Notes under the pieces: generated by a model
Database searches by the model: none
Told to the model about the DNA's origin: nothing
The model's input: the letters and a program-made list of their open reading frames with translations, nothing else
Shown here: piece after piece, positions 45,468 to 60,004 of the stretch
How the letters are laid out: every line of letters begins with the position of its first letter
Numbering within the stretch: the stretch's first letter is position 1
Translations under genes and position numbers: made by a program
Assembly: GCF_009914755.1 (NCBI RefSeq)
Contig: NC_060929.1
DNA from: the human T2T-CHM13v2.0 reference genome, Homo sapiens
Strand: one strand, 5' to 3'
DNA length: 64,000 nucleotides

Positions 45468-46339
45468 TGGCTTCACTATTACTCATTGGTTAAGTCTTCC
45501 CCAGTTTGTTAAACAAATAGTACAACTTTAGTTCTAACACTTGACCCCTAATGCTACTTTTATAAATCTTCTTTATCCCCAATTCCACTAGATTGGCTTT
45601 CTTGTCCTAATGCAGGTAATGGCTCTACACAACCAAACCGAAACAAACCATATTTTTAAGCACCAAGGCATTTGGATGATGACAAAATTGATTTTGCACT
45701 CTGTGGTTACATATACTGTAAAAATTGTTTCCAAGTAATGTTTCTTTCTCACATGGAAGGTGTCTAATACAAGGAAAAAAGATAAAGTCCTAAAATTTCT
45801 TTATTTAATATACTTTAAAGACATTGTTAGAACAAATTAAACTAGGAATACAAACACTAGGGATGATACTTAAAAGCCATATATATGTGTATATATATAT
45901 ATATATGTATTTCATTTATTAAAATGTCATTCTTATCTCTAAAATGAGAGGGTTTATAGGAAACTTATAATCTATCAGGTGAAAACTTGTTTGGTTTAAT
46001 AGAGGAAACTGTTATAGTAGCATTAACTTTCTTCATATTATTCAATTATTTGCATGATTTCCCAACATGTTTTTCCTAAGTACAAATTAAAGAACATTAT
46101 TGCATAGTTTGAAGATGCATAGAGGTATTAGTGTCACCTGAGGGTGTCTCAGGACTCACAAACATGGCTTGCTTCTCAATATTACACCAATGATTGGATC
46201 AATGTATCCCTGGGTCTTCCTTTTACTTGTGAAGATACAAAAAAAACAATTTTGTTATTGAGCCGAATAAATGCACAAAAGTTACTGTAAAACAAACTTT
46301 ATGCTAATAAAGTTCTACAATATTGTTTCTCTCTTATTC

Positions 46340-47780
46340 TATATATTCTCTTTTGAGATATGAATGTTAGACCTTCTCATCTTATCCTCCATGTTTCATG
46401 AATTCATTATTTCAACCAGTTGGCTACTCTGTTGCATTCTGGGTAAGTTTTTAGGTACCTCTCTATTTAATCAAGTCTCTGCCTTTAGTATTGTCTAAAA
46501 TGTCATTTAACACATCTCCCACTCATCTCGATTTTTTAAAAAGCCATTTGTTAACCCATTTTCAAATACATTCCCTCTCTCTCCCCATTCCCTACTGAGT
46601 TAAGCACTATCTTTAAAAGTTTTACTATGTATGTAAAAATATGGAAAATATATATATTGCTAGGTAATTACTAATATTTTGTTTAGGCTTTTTACATCTG
46701 TGTGAAAAATAAGATTGGTCTGTAAATGTTCTTCATAATGTCTTTGATGAATTTCGTATTGGGGTGGAAATCTCTTACTCGGAAGACTGGAACATCTGTC
46801 TTGATATGAGTACTTTTATAAGTAGGTAGTTGTTTGAATTTTCACCAAGAGAACAAATCCAAACAGGAACTGCCAAGTAGATAAAATATTACCAGTATTC
46901 AGAACTCCATCCAGATCCCATTTCTAGCTCTTAGTTTCTCTCTTCCTCGAGGATAACCACTATTCTAACCTAAAACAAAATAGATTGGTTAGCTGTTTTT
47001 ATTTTATTCTGTTTTTAAGCTTCGTATGAATGAACTAATACATTTAAAACCTAACATTAGGTTTGTAATATTCTTTCTTCTTGTGTTTTACAATAGTGTC
47101 TCGGTTCAGTATAAGGGCATTGTATGGATGTGCCACAATTTATTGTCCCTTCCACTGGAGATAAGCACTTGGATTTTTCAATTTTCTGACTATTATAAAT
47201 AATGCTGCTGTAAATAACCTTGCAATACTTTTTGTGTGCACATTTATTTTTGTGGGGTGTATACAGGGAAGGAATTGCTGGATCATAGATTCTGTCAAAC
47301 AGTTTTCCTAAGGGGCTAAATCAATTTTAAATCCAATAGACAGATTTTAAGTATTAATTCATTGTACTTAATAATGTTTTACTTATGTTTTCCATTTCAT
47401 TTTTTGTTCATTTAAGTAAACAATAGTTTTTGGAGGCTGCTACTTTGTGTAACTTTTTGCACTGCTGGCATAAAGACTTTTCCCATTTCATAATTTTTTT
47501 CTTAATTCTTTATTTTCCCCCTTAATCTGTTATTCCTGAGGCCTGCCAATTTTTTGTCTTTTCAAATAATCAGCATCTGTTTCTGTTGACTCTATTTTAT
47601 GTTTTATCTCATTAATGTCTGCTCATTTTTTAAATTGTTTCTTCTCTTGCACTTCTTTTACTTTAATTCCATTGTTAGGTTTTGGCTTCTTTGTTGGATA
47701 CTTTTTTAAAAGTCAGCTTTATTAAGGTATAGTTAACCTGCAATAAAGTTCACATATTAGGAATATACAATTTGATACTT
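46340..47780 (-). mobile_element. Mosaic of very old L1M/L1ME fragments
   Basis: Antisense L1-like motifs GGATAACCACTATTCTAAC, TGACTATTATAAATAATGCTGCTGTAAA and GGAATTGCTGGATCATAG. Confidence 0.55.
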
Positions 47781-49180
47781 TAAAAACAATCAACTTTTCA
47801 TTTTAGAATAGATTTAGATTTACAGAAAAGTTGCAAATACAGTACAGAGAATGCCTACATTCCAGAGGAAACTTTGCACCAGTTTCCTCCATTATTTACA
47901 TGTTGCACTAATATGGTGCATTAATCACAATTAATAAATCAATATTGACATATTATTGATTAAAGTTCATCCTTTAGTTAGACTGTTTTAGATTTTACTT
48001 AATGCACTTTTTCTATTCCAGGATCCCATCCAAGACACCATGATGCATTTATTCACCATGTCTCTTTAAATGCCTCTTAGATGTGACAGTTTCTCATACA
48101 TTCTTGTTTTTTATGTCCTTGAGGATTTTAAGAAGTGCTGGTCAAGTAATTTGTAGAATGTCCCTCAGTTGTGATTTGTTTGATGATTTTATCATAATTA
48201 GACTGAGGTTATATGTTTTGAGGAGTAAGACCACATACGTAATGTATCATTTTCATCACATTATATAAAGTACATGTCATCAACATGACTTAACCACAGT
48301 TCATATTAACCTTAATCACCGGGCTGAGTTAGAGTCTGTCAAGTTTCTCCACTGTAAAGTTATTCTTTTCCCCCTCTTTATATACTGTACTAATTGGAAG
48401 GAAATCACTATGCACAGGCCACATTTAAGGTGCAGAAATTTATATTTCACCTTATACTCCACCTCCTTTTGACCTTCTATTTGTTTTGGCTTTGGCCATT
48501 AGAAGCTTTTTCATTTGACAGTTGTGTCCCTTGACTTACTCCATCTTTGTGTGTCTTTGTGCATGTAAAGATAAGCTTGATAATTCAAAATTTAATCCAT
48601 TCCTACATCATTTTAGCCTTCTCCCTTTGACTATCTATAAAATACCACTCTAGCAGTGAGAATCCAGTTCTCACCATCTGCCATCTATTTACTTAATTTT
48701 TCAATTTCAGTGTCCATGTATAGTGGTTTTATAATTCAAACCAGTAGCTTTACAGGGCATGCTTTATCCACTAGAGTTTGTTGTTTATATGCAATGTATG
48801 TTGTGTTTAGTTCTACACACTCCACCCATTTCCAAATTTCTTTAGATCATCATCTTCATTTACCTCCTTCAGTGAGGCTGTTTAGTACAATTACATTAAC
48901 TACATTGATTTGTCACAATCTGCATTTTATTTTTATATCCCAGAATATCTTAAAGTATTTTAATGCACATAAATTAAGGTTAAACTTTTCTATATAGTTA
49001 TATGGGTTTTAACAAACTCACAGTGTTAAAATTCATCATTAAAATATCATAAAGAATAGTTTCACTGCCTTAAAATATCCTCTGTATTTTACCATTCAAC
49101 TGACTCCTCACTCTCAAACTTTGGCAATTGTTGATTGTCTGTTGTATCTATAGTTTTGCCTTTTCCAGAATGTCTTATCA
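47781..49180 (-). mobile_element. L1MC/L1MD-type long 3' UTR fragment
   Basis: TTTAGATTTACAGAAAAGTTGCAAA...TTCCAGGATCCCATCCAAGACACCA...GTGACAGTTTCTC...TTTGTAGAATGTCCCTCAGT. Confidence 0.75.
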
Positions 49181-49184
49181 ATTA

Positions 49185-50273
49185 TAATTTTTGCAGGGTA
49201 TAGAATTTTTTGTTTCAGGATTTTAAGGATATTGAAACACTGTCTTCTCTCATGTTGTTTCTTATAATAAATCTGCTGTTATTCTTTATTTCTTATAGGT
49301 AAACATGTCTTTTCAAAGTTCCTTTCAGACATTTGATTTTGATTTTTAAAAATATTTTCTATGTCTTCACTTTACTTATTGAATATGCAGAAAACATGTA
49401 TAATAACTGTTTCCATGTTTATTTTAAAAACTCTATTGTTGGTGTTAATTCTAGATTGGTTATCTACTGATTTATTTTTCTCTTTCTTATTAATTGTGCT
49501 TTACTGATTCTTTGCATTCCTCTTAATATTTTATTGGATCCAAGACATTGTACATTTTAACTGTTGCATGTGGCATATTTTTGATTCCTAAAATTTTTGT
49601 GTGTTTTGCTTTGTGACACAATCAAGTTACCTATAAATCGTGTGGCCCATTTGGGTCTTGGGTTAAGATTACTTATGTGAGTTCAGAGTGATGTTTAGGA
49701 TTATCATTATCGAAAGGCGCTTTGAATACTCTACCCAATGCCTCTGATGGTTTCTAACATGAAGACTAGGAACTGACACTATTCCCATTCTTGCATGAGT
49801 GGTAGGCATACCACTAATCATTTCGGGTAGTGTTTTTCCTGGTCTCAGGTAGTTTCCTCACAACACGTGTTAGTTAGTATTCTATGAATACTCAAAAAGA
49901 TTCTGTGCGCTTCTTGTAGTTTAGTTTCTGTATAGCTTTCTCCTCCTCAGAAATCTGTCCTATTGACTCAAGATACCTTTTTCTTCCTGGACCCTCCATT
50001 TTGTTTCCAAAACTTAGAGACTATCATATTATCAGTGGGTTTTCCTCCCTGCATTAAGTCTGGTCATTCTCTTAAGGTAGTAACCTGGGACAGCTATATG
50101 CTCGCTTCAACTTTCTTCAACTTTTTCTTATCTTTCATAGATGATTTTCATTTACTTGATTTCTAATGTGTTGAAAACTACTATCTGATATAGTTTTCCA
50201 GTATTTTTTTATGATTTCAGGTAAAAGGATAAATTTGGTCCCTCTAATTCCATCTTGGCTGGAAACAGAAATC
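49185..50273 (-). mobile_element. Old L1M ORF1/5'-region fragment
   Basis: TTTGCAGGGTATAGAATT...ATAAATCTGCTGTTATTCT (ORF1-like). Ends at the L1M 5' motif TCCATCTTGGCTGGAAACAGAAATC. Confidence 0.6.
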
Positions 50274-50620
50274 TCCACAAGCTTCTTCACTGGATACTTA
50301 ACTGACAACTTTAATTTATTCATTATTTTTAATGTTTACTATTTACAGACAACATTTTCCCTGTCAGTATTGTTACATGAATATTATGAATTTTGATATT
50401 ATCTATTCTATTAATTTGTTAAATGAAATAATATGTGGGAAAGAACACTTTTATTCAAAATTTTATACTTTTTTTTTCAAAATGCAAATATATCTAAGAC
50501 CTCTTCTAAGATTTGGCTTGTGGAAATAAGTGGATGAGAAGTCCACTGAAACACAGAGAAGATAAAATATTTCATCAAGGGAGGGTAGATTTTATTATAA
50601 GTAACAACTTCAAAAAAGCT

Positions 50621-50981
50621 TACTTTGATTCGAATGTATTCCTGCAAAATACATACATTGTAATCTTCTCCCCCAAGGTGATAGTATTAGGATGTGGTGT
50701 CTTTTGAGGTGTGGTTAAGTCACAAGGGCAGAGTCCTTATGAATGAGATTAGTGCCCTTGTAAAAGATGTTCTAGAGAGCTACCTACTCCTTCTACCATG
50801 TGAGGACACAGTAATGAAGGGGTCATCTAGGAGAAAACAGGTGCTCACCAGATACTGAATCTTCTGACACATTATTCTTGGTCTTCCCAATTTCTAGAAC
50901 TATAAGAAATAAATTTCTGCAGTTTAGAAGCTGCACAGTCTATGGTAATTTTTTTAATAGCAGCTCAAATTTACTAAGACA
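50621..50981 (+). mobile_element. MaLR solo LTR, MLT1A0/MSTD-like
   Basis: CCCCCAAGGTGATAGTATTAGGA...ATGAATGAGATTAGTGCCCTT...CCATGTGAGGACACAG...AGAAATAAATTTCTG...GCAGCTCAAATTTACTAAGACA. Confidence 0.85.
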
Positions 50982-51369
50982 GGTATTTGAAGGAAACACT
51001 TATATTAAACCCTTGAAATGAACCAGATATACATTTTGAAACAGATTAAATATGCAATTGAATAAAAGGCACTTATATTCAAAGATAAATATGAAATTGA
51101 ATATATGCTAAAGGGCCATAATGCTTTTCGAAATAATATCATAAAAACAATTTGTTTATATAGTTAGACTGTTAGGAAATTCTGTTGTTTAGGGTGGGGC
51201 TACATTTATTATCAACACAAATCTTGAGACCTTTTAAGCACAAAAAAGACTAATACAGCACATAAAACTAATCGAATCAGAACTTATTTCAATGGACTTG
51301 AGAAACATCAGCAGAAAAATGAGATCCTAAAAGAAGATAGAATTTGGATGGGAGGACTTCCAAAGACTG

Positions 51370-51920
51370 TCTAAAATTGAATTACAAAGCAGCAAATTTC
51401 TTAACATCAAAAATTAAGTCTCAAAGGTAGAATAATATGTTCAAAGTGCTGAAACAAAATTATTGTAAAGCAATATTAGTAAATATGGAAGAGAAAGAGA
51501 GAGGGATAGGGACAAAGAGAAGGAGGGAGGGAAGGAGGGGGCAAGAGAGATAGAATGAGAGAGAGAAATATTGAGAATGTACTACTAATAGACCGTCAAG
51601 GAAAGAAATCTCAAAGGGTGAACCTCAGAAAGAAGTCAAATATCCTAGTTATGAAATATTATTTGTAAGTAAAAATGATCAGTGTGTCATTGGTAAACAT
51701 ATGGGTAAATCTAAACACTAAAGTAAAACATAGAAATCATTTTTATCATCATTGTCAAAACCAATGTAGAGTGAAAATATCAGAAAATAACAATGTCTAA
51801 GACAGTGGGAATGATTGGAGTTACAGCATTTTTAAATTCTTAAATTGTTGAGATGGTTTAGAGTTATTGACTAAATTTGTTGGTTAATGTTAGATGCATT
51901 GTAAATATGTATAGTAAATA
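51370..51920 (+). mobile_element. Old L1M ORF1/inter-ORF fragment with a GA-rich insert at ~51488-51566
   Basis: GCAAATTTCTTAACATCAA...AGAATAATATGTTCAAAGTGCTGAAA is ORF1-like. Also AAACATATGGGTAAATCTAAA. Confidence 0.5.
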
Positions 51921-51954
51921 TTTTCGTTTAAAGTTTCTTTTATTTAATAAGTAC

Positions 51955-52227
51955 CAATTTTTATTTTGCAACACTTTTAGATTTATAGAAAAGTTGCAAA
52001 GTTTCAAAGAGTTTTTTGACTCAGCTTCCTCTAATGTTAACCTCTTACATCACCATGGTACTTTTGCCAAGACTAAGACATTAACACTGGTTCAATAATA
52101 TTTACTAAACTGGAGATTCTGTTCTGATTTCACTGCTGTTTTTTTTTTCTTTAACTGATGTCCACTTTCTGTTCCAGAAAACAAGTGGAGAATATCCAAT
52201 CCAGGATACCATATTGCATTTTGTTGA
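51955..52227 (-). mobile_element. L1MC-type 3' end fragment
   Basis: TTTAGATTTATAGAAAAGTTGCAAAG...TTCCTCTAATGTTAAC...AATCCAGGATACCATATTGCATTT. Confidence 0.7.
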
Positions 52228-52229
52228 CA

Positions 52230-53852
52230 TTTTTAAATTATGGTAATTAGGCCTAATAAAAAATTTACCATTTAGCCATTAAGTGTATAGTTCAGTAGTA
52301 TTAAGTACTTTCACATTGTTACACAAATATCACCACCCTTCAACTATAGAACTTTTTCATCTTTCCAAACTCAAACTCTGTGCCTATTAAACAAGAATTC
52401 TCCATTCTCCCATCCCCCAGCCTCTGGTAACCACCATTTTACTTTCTGTTGCTATGACTTTGACTACTGTAGGTACTTCATATAATTAGAATCATGCATT
52501 CTTTTATATCTGGCTTATTTCTGGAAGACATGTGGCATAATGTCTTCCAGGTTAGGCTATGTTGTAGCTTGTGTCAGAATTTCCTTCATTTTTAAGGTTA
52601 AAGAATATTCTTTTGTATGTATATACCACATTTCATGTATCCATTCATCTACCAATGGATATTTGGGCTGCTTCACCTTTTGATTATTGTTAATAGTCCT
52701 GCTATGAATACTAGTGTATAAATATCTTTTTGAATCTTAAACATGAGTCTTCTAATTAAGGAACACTGGATTTTTTTTTCATTTATTTATCTTCTTCAAT
52801 TTATTTTAGCAACATTTTGTGGTTTCAATGTACATGTCTCTTACCCTCTTGGTTAAATTTATTACTAAGTAGTTTATTCTTTTTGATGCTACTGTAAATG
52901 GAATTGTTTTCTCAATTTTGTTTTGTTTGTTCATTGTTAGTGTATAAAAATGTAATTTATTTGTGCATGTTAATTTTGTATTCTGCAACTTTACAGAATT
53001 TGTTTATCAGTTCTAATAGTTGTTTGTTTTGGTGTGGAATCTTTTTTTCGTATAAAATGATGTCATCTGAAATTTTATTTCCTTTGCTTGCCTAATAGTT
53101 TTGGCTGGAACTTCCAATACTATGTTGAACAGAAGTGGTAAAAGTGAGAATCTCTGCCTATTTCTGATCTTGGAAGAAAAATCTTTTGTCTTTTTCCATT
53201 GAGTATGAAGTTAGCTGCTGATTTTTCACCTATGGTTTTTCTTATGTTGAGATATCTCTATTCCTAGTGTGTTGAGTGTTTATATCATGAAAGTACATTA
53301 AATTTTATCAAATGCTTTTTCTGCATCAACTTAAATGATTATTTGGGATTTTTTTCCTTTCATTCTGTTAATGTGGTGTATTACATTGATTTATTCATCT
53401 GTATTGAACCATCCTTGCATTCCATAAATAATTTCACTTGCTCATGGTATATGATCCATTTATTATATGGTTAAATTTTGTTTCCTGGTATTTTATTGTG
53501 CATTTTTGCACTAATATTTTTTAAGAATATTTTTAGTTTTCTTTTCTTGTAGTGGCTTTTGTATTAGGGAATTGCTGGCCTTATGCAATGAGTTTGCAAT
53601 TGTCGTTTCTTCTTCAATTTTTTTTTGGAGGAATTTGAGGAAGATTGATATTAATTAAAATGTTTGGTAGAATTTATCAGTAAATTCATCTGGATTTGGA
53701 CTTTTATTTGTGGGAGGTCTTTGGTTATTGATTTAATTTTCCCTACTAGTTGTCACCCTTGTCACATTTTCTACCTTATTGTACTTAAGTCTTGCTAATT
53801 TGTGTGTTTCTAGATATTTTTCATTTCATTTAGATTATTCATTTTCTGGCAT
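52230..53852 (-). mobile_element. L1MB-type LINE-1: 3' UTR joined by an internal deletion (~52735) to the RT region of ORF2
   Basis: AAATTTACCATT...AAGTGTATAGTTCAGTAGTATTAAGTAC...CCCCCAGCCTCTGGTAACCACCATT. ORF 52806-52988 (TIPFTVASKRINYLVINLTKRVRD) is ORF2-like. Confidence 0.85.
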
Positions 53853-54064
53853 CTTATGTATTTTTAAAAAATGTACACTTTTTAGTATTATTCAAACAAT
53901 TGATGTAAGAATATTTAACAAATAACTATTTTTAAGAACTTAGGCATATTTCCAAATACAGGTTTATATCATTATTTCAATGCTTATTGTTTCTCAAGAT
54001 GAAAAGTACAATTTACAGAGCTGGTGGAAACCAGGATCTTCTGCACAGTCATGGCTGTAGAACC

Positions 54065-54369
54065 TTTTTTGTTCTTTTTTTTTCTTTGAAGGTCTAATTC
54101 TATATCCCAGGCTTGAGTGCATGCAGTGGCCCAATTATGGCTCACTGCAGCCTCAACCTCCCCAGGCTCAAATGATCCTCCCACCTCAGCCTCCCGAGTG
54201 GCTGGGACTATAGACATGCACCATCATGCCCAGCTAATTTTTGTATTTTTGTAGAGACAAGGCTTCACCATGTTGATCAGGCTATTCTCGAACTCCTGGG
54301 CTCAAGCTATCTGCTCACCTCAGCCTCCCAAAGTGTTGAGATTACAGGCTTGAGCCACTGAGCCCAGCC
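54065..54369 (-). mobile_element. AluJ SINE
   Basis: GCTCACTGCAGCCTCAACCTCC...GCTCAAATGATCCTCCCACCTCAGC...CTCCTGGGCTCAAG (J diagnostics). Confidence 0.92.
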
Positions 54370-54583
54370 AACACAACGTTTTTGATAAGCACAAGTCACT
54401 ATTAATTTAGAACATAATATAGAACCTGTTAAACACCAGTTTTTCAATAAATAATTGTGAAAGGAATGGGGAAAAAGGTAAGTAAGAAAAGAAATTAAAT
54501 GCTTTCATTGAAGCACAGCCATAAGAAGATACATCTAAAAGGATCTATAGAAACCAAAATATGGTTCATCTTATTAACATCTG

Positions 54584-55012
<429 letters not shown>

Positions 55013-55379
55013 TAATTTATCACTGTGACATATCAATAAAAAGTTAACATAAAGCACTGACAATCACAAAGTTGGGATGAGGAGAGTATTTGTTTGAAGA
55101 TCTTAGAAAGTAGGTCAATCAATTTCTTCCACAGCCTCCTTTTACCAATCATATGAATTATTTCAAATTAAAGTTGAAAAAGTCTCTCTCTGCATCAAAT
55201 TCTTTGAATATTTCCTAAGCAAGATATGCTTAAATACACAAAACAAACATCATTCAATAAAACTGACTTGGAAAGGGATACAATGAAATGTGGTTTCAGT
55301 GAACTCTGTAAGTTACCTACATTATTTGAACATTTTCCCCTTTAATTTCACAAATTAAAGTTTTATAGATATATTTAGT

Positions 55380-55546
55380 TTAAAATTAAATTAATTAAAA
55401 TCAAATAAAATTTGAAATTTAGTTCCTTCGTCCAACTAGCCATATTTTAAGTGCTCAATTGTTGCACTTGGCTTGTGGCCACTATTAAGAACAGTGCAGA
55501 TGTTGAGTATTTCCATTATCTCATAAATTTATATTGGACCGTGTTG
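55380..55546. mobile_element. MER3/MER33-like hAT-Charlie fragment
   Basis: AATTAATTAAAAT...TTAGTTCCT...ACTAGCCATATTTTAAGTGCTCAAT...GGCTTGTGGCCAC...ATTTCCATTATC...TATTGGAC. Confidence 0.75.
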
Positions 55547-58028
55547 TTCTAGACCTTAGTGGCTCATATTTTGGCTACTTAAACTTTCTTTTTACTTACA
55601 CTAAGTAAAGCTCTTCCTCAAGATACTATTGGCCACATAGGAACTGTAGTCTGCATGTTAAATAAATCTCGTCTAAAAAGTGTGTTTCTGTGTTTTTATA
55701 CCTTCTTATGCTCTCTCATAGCAACGCAGAAGCTTTGACTAAAGCATCTTCACAACTTACATCTTCACCACTTTCTTGGCAAGTCATGATTATAGTTATA
55801 AATTTGGAATGAAAAATAAAGTAAGACTCTTTGCTATTCTGTGATTTTCAAGGAAAAAATAAGCTGAATAGAATGTATGTGCTGACATAAAAAGATATTG
55901 TTCATATACATTTTTTTGCCACTGCCTCTCAACTTGCTTCTTTCGGACTGCTCATGATAGAGGTTTAAAAGCTTTGATTCTGAAAGCGCAGCCCTGTTTT
56001 ATTGATAAAAATAAGCCCTAATATTTTTTTCCTTTGCTTTATCTCTTTTTATGTGGGCAGCTGATAAATTCCAGAATTCCTACGGGATGTTCTAATGGAA
56101 TAGCAGGTTGAGCTGCCAGCAGTGTCAGTATTACAAGATAAAAACATAATGCCATGAACCTATATATCAAATGTTGTGTTGCAAATGAAACACTATCTAC
56201 TTCATGTAAAATCAGCTTCTTAGCCCTATCTTTGAGCAGTTTCTCTTTGATTCCACAATGTTGACAAATGGGTTAGGGAATCCACTCTTTTCCCCTTGAA
56301 GTTGCATGTACAAATTCTTTCAGCACTGTTTTATGAAAGGGCTACTGAGTCATTGGTTGTAAAAGGAAAAATCTAATTAAACCTTGATAAAATGTTTGTC
56401 ACTCTGACTCACAGAAGACAGCCTGGTGTCTGACTTGTCCTGAATCCGCAAGAATGAGCTAAGGATTGGTCATTTTAAAGGTCAAGAGGAATATACGGGC
56501 AGGGGATGTGAATGCTCTCAGATCTCTAAAAGAATTACAGAACACTGCAAATTTATTATAGATTATTAAGCCATACCCAATAGTTCTAAAACTTGATTGC
56601 TTAAGGAGTGACTTACAGTACTGGAGATATGCTAACATCCTAGGAGAATTCTAACACAGTAGCCTTTCCAAAAATGTACCACTGGGTCTGCCTCATTCAG
56701 TATATTATTTTGTGGTTTGGATTTACAGCTTGTTTTTTATGCCTTTAAATTTACTGAATAAAATGACAATAAAAGTCCATGCCTACAAAGTTAAGATAGC
56801 TTGCAAATGAAAGAGTCACAGTTCTGCTCCCCTAACCTTGCTTTGTGTTTCATAATATTTTCTTTCTCTAAACAGACTTTGACTTACAGATAAGGTTCAT
56901 GACTTAACAATAGCCAGGCTTGAAAAATATCCTTCACAAAAGAATAACAACAAAAGTAAAACCTGTCAGTGAAAGTAATAAAAAAGATTGTGAAAAAAGG
57001 TCTCCAGGTGTGGCAATGTGGGGAGTTGGGAAAAGGTTTAGGAGACTTTTGGTGTTTTCAGTTTAAAGAATATTGTGAGTTAAGAGTCTGGAGATAAATG
57101 CTGAACTTCACAAAATAAAAATGCTAAAGAGTAGCTCAATTTACCAGAATAGGCATGAAACCTTAGGAACTGGATGAAGCAAGCACAGCAATAGGTATCA
57201 AAATAAAAAGGGAGAAAGCCATCAGAGTGAGCAATTAATGAAAATCAAGGCTAGTTGTTATGCCAAAATTGCAACATCTACATGTTTCTCTATGAATACT
57301 GACTTTTCACTGGGATCTTAAAATCCTTTTAAGGCATCTAAGTCCGTTGTTGTGTTTCTATAGGTCTTCACCTTTATTAAGTTATGTATCACTTTCAGAT
57401 CGTGATTAAATCATACAGTGTCTTTCCTTAAAAAATAAATAATACACTCACATACATACATAAATTCCTAATTCCTATTCTATATTGACACCTTTTAGAG
57501 CATCTGTGGTTTGTCTTCTAGCCTTTGCTATTTTAATTCTAGTGAGTAACATTTTATTATTATATGTGGCAGTCTTCTTTTGACAGATATCTATTTGTTC
57601 TAAATAATTTATTCCTGTGAGTATAAATATGCCTACATATAAACTAAACTCATAGCTCTAGGTTTGCAATCTTGAGCAACACAGAACAAGCTCTTCCACC
57701 TGATGGTCCTTCTTATATTAGAAAATGAAACTTGTTCACCATGTACTTGCTTCTCTAGCCTAAATATTTCACATATGTTACCTAGTTAAAATTACATTCC
57801 TAGAAAAGAATGATCCAGATCTTTAAATTAACATTCACTACCTTTCAAATTTTAGATAAGTTTAATAATTCTAATCAAGTTTGCTATTATGGCTCACTCT
57901 GTAAGTTCTGGTTTCAAACAGATTGGCCTCTTTATAGGCTATAGACTCTCCTGCATTTATGCTTATGTCCCTATCCCTGCCTAGAATTCATACCCACTTC
58001 TTGCCTTTTCGGATCCTACCCATTCTTC

Positions 58029-58250
58029 ATAATAATGATAATGCATTTTTAGTTCTATAAATGTAAGATGTCTCAAGTTTTGCACGTATTATATGATTTA
58101 GCCTTACAGTAAAATATGTGAATAATATTATTTATTATTACCAATTTCACAAACAGGAGTTTGTTTACATATACAAAGATAAGACTCTGAGATCAAACCC
58201 ACACAATTTCACTACTTTCTAACTTTGAAACCTTATTCATATGCTACCTC
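58029..58250 (-). mobile_element. MIR relic
   Basis: ATAATAATGATAAT...TTTGCACGTATTAT...TTATTATTACCAATTTCACAAACAGGA...GAGATCAAACCCA. Confidence 0.5.
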
Positions 58251-59091
58251 ATAAAATAATTTTCTTTTTCTGGTCACTCTGTCTCTCTTTGGGGGCACTA
58301 ACCAAGGTCAGCAGATCTTGAGGTAAGCAAAACCTAGAACATGCCATTGGAAAATTCATCCTTGATATTGCTGTATTAAAATGGAGTGCTCGTAGATCCA
58401 ATATGGAACAGTCATTCAAAATTTTAGAATTCAGAGTTTTCTAATCATGTTTCAGAAATAGGAGACCTAGATATAGAAAGGATTCAAAAATGATCAAGAT
58501 TCAACTACCAAAGGATGACAATAAAACAAATGGGTAAAAAAGAGCTTCTCAGCACAAAGGTCTGGATATAAAATAAGCTGCACTTTCATTTATGAATTAG
58601 CATGCTCAAAAGGGAGCAAATAAATATGCCAGGTAGGATTAGATGAGAAAAAAACAACTAAATTACATGCCCTGCTTTGTTTTGTTGACTGGCATTTATT
58701 AATAGGTTGGGCATTTGTTAAAAGCATATTTAATAAATTATAATTCTGTATTCCTAGGATGTTGGCAAGCAAAATCCTATATATGTAATGAATACTTAAT
58801 AGGGATTTGTACAGTTAGGAAGAGAATGAACATGTAAAGTAGATTTAACAAGTGCTTGAGACACTTGGATGATCTTATAAAAGCAAACCACAGATATTTT
58901 CTACCCTGTTATAATGTTTCCTTCTGGCATGAGCATATGGATATCCTGTTACCAAGGGTATAGTTCCCGCAAAATAGTTAATTTAAATTACAATAACAAA
59001 AAAGAACAATGAAGTTTCTTTAAAATTCCTAAATTAAATAGAAATTCTGTGCAGGCTTGCTACTTTGTAATATCCATTTCATAAAATAAAT

Positions 59092-59260
59092 GAACTGGAA
59101 TGATGTCAGCTGAAAAATGGTGAAATAGGGATCTCCAAGGGCTCATCTTGTCACTGAAACACCACAAAAATGAGCAAAACAGTCACTATTGCCTTTGTTA
59201 GAACTCTAGAAAATAACCGAGAGTTTACAACAAGTAAATAAACTCTAGATCAATAAAGAT
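59092..59260 (+). mobile_element. Old L1M 5'-end fragment
   Basis: AAAATGGTGAAATAGGGATCTCCAAGGGCTC...AAAACAGTCA...TTAGAACTCTAGAAAATAACC...TTTACAACAA. Confidence 0.5.
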
Positions 59261-60004
59261 ATGTTTTACCAACATAGTACTAAGAAACAAATACAGGTAA
59301 TATTTTACTTTAACTTATTAAAAACAAAACTTTTTTTTATTTGCTAAACCAACTTCTGTTTGAGATCTGTTTCTTGTTTTCAGTTATTGGAGGAAAAAAG
59401 TCTTCCATAATTTTTGACCAAATATTCTTCCAAACCAGTCATGACAAAGTCAGGTTGCTCAGGTGGAAGCCATGGGAAATGCAGATATCTAATGCTAAGG
59501 AGATTGTCTGAAGATTTAAAGCCTCAATGACTAGAGAAGGCTTATTTCCTCCGAGTCAACCAATATTCCAAGCTCCACAAATTCCAAGTTCTCTACTTCA
59601 CTTAAAGCTAGAGCGAGATAAAAATCATTTTTTAAGTTATACCCTATACAGATCAATCTGTGATAAAGTCATAAAGGAAGAACCTGCTTCTTAATTTCTT
59701 AAAATGCTGGATAGAGGGTAGTTTATGAAAACTATTTCTTCTATAACAAAATTTCAGATTCTTTGAGCCCTAAGAACTTATTTTTATGACAGTCATGTCA
59801 ATGTTATTTGCAATTACTCTTCTGAACTAGTATTTTTAAAACAACAACAACAAAACAGTTGTTCTGGATATGTTTTCCCACTTTTTTGTTGTTTTTTGGT
59901 TTTGTTTTGCTGTTTGTTCTTGAAACGCAGGTGTATATAATTAAACTAATTTATTTTAGTTAGTGGCATACTAGGCTTTTATTTATTTGTTGTTTTTTTC
60001 CTTT

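Noticed and set aside
44984-45493. K/E/R-rich and F/L/S-rich ORFs
   Set aside because: These are translations of the microsatellite and the adjacent Alu.
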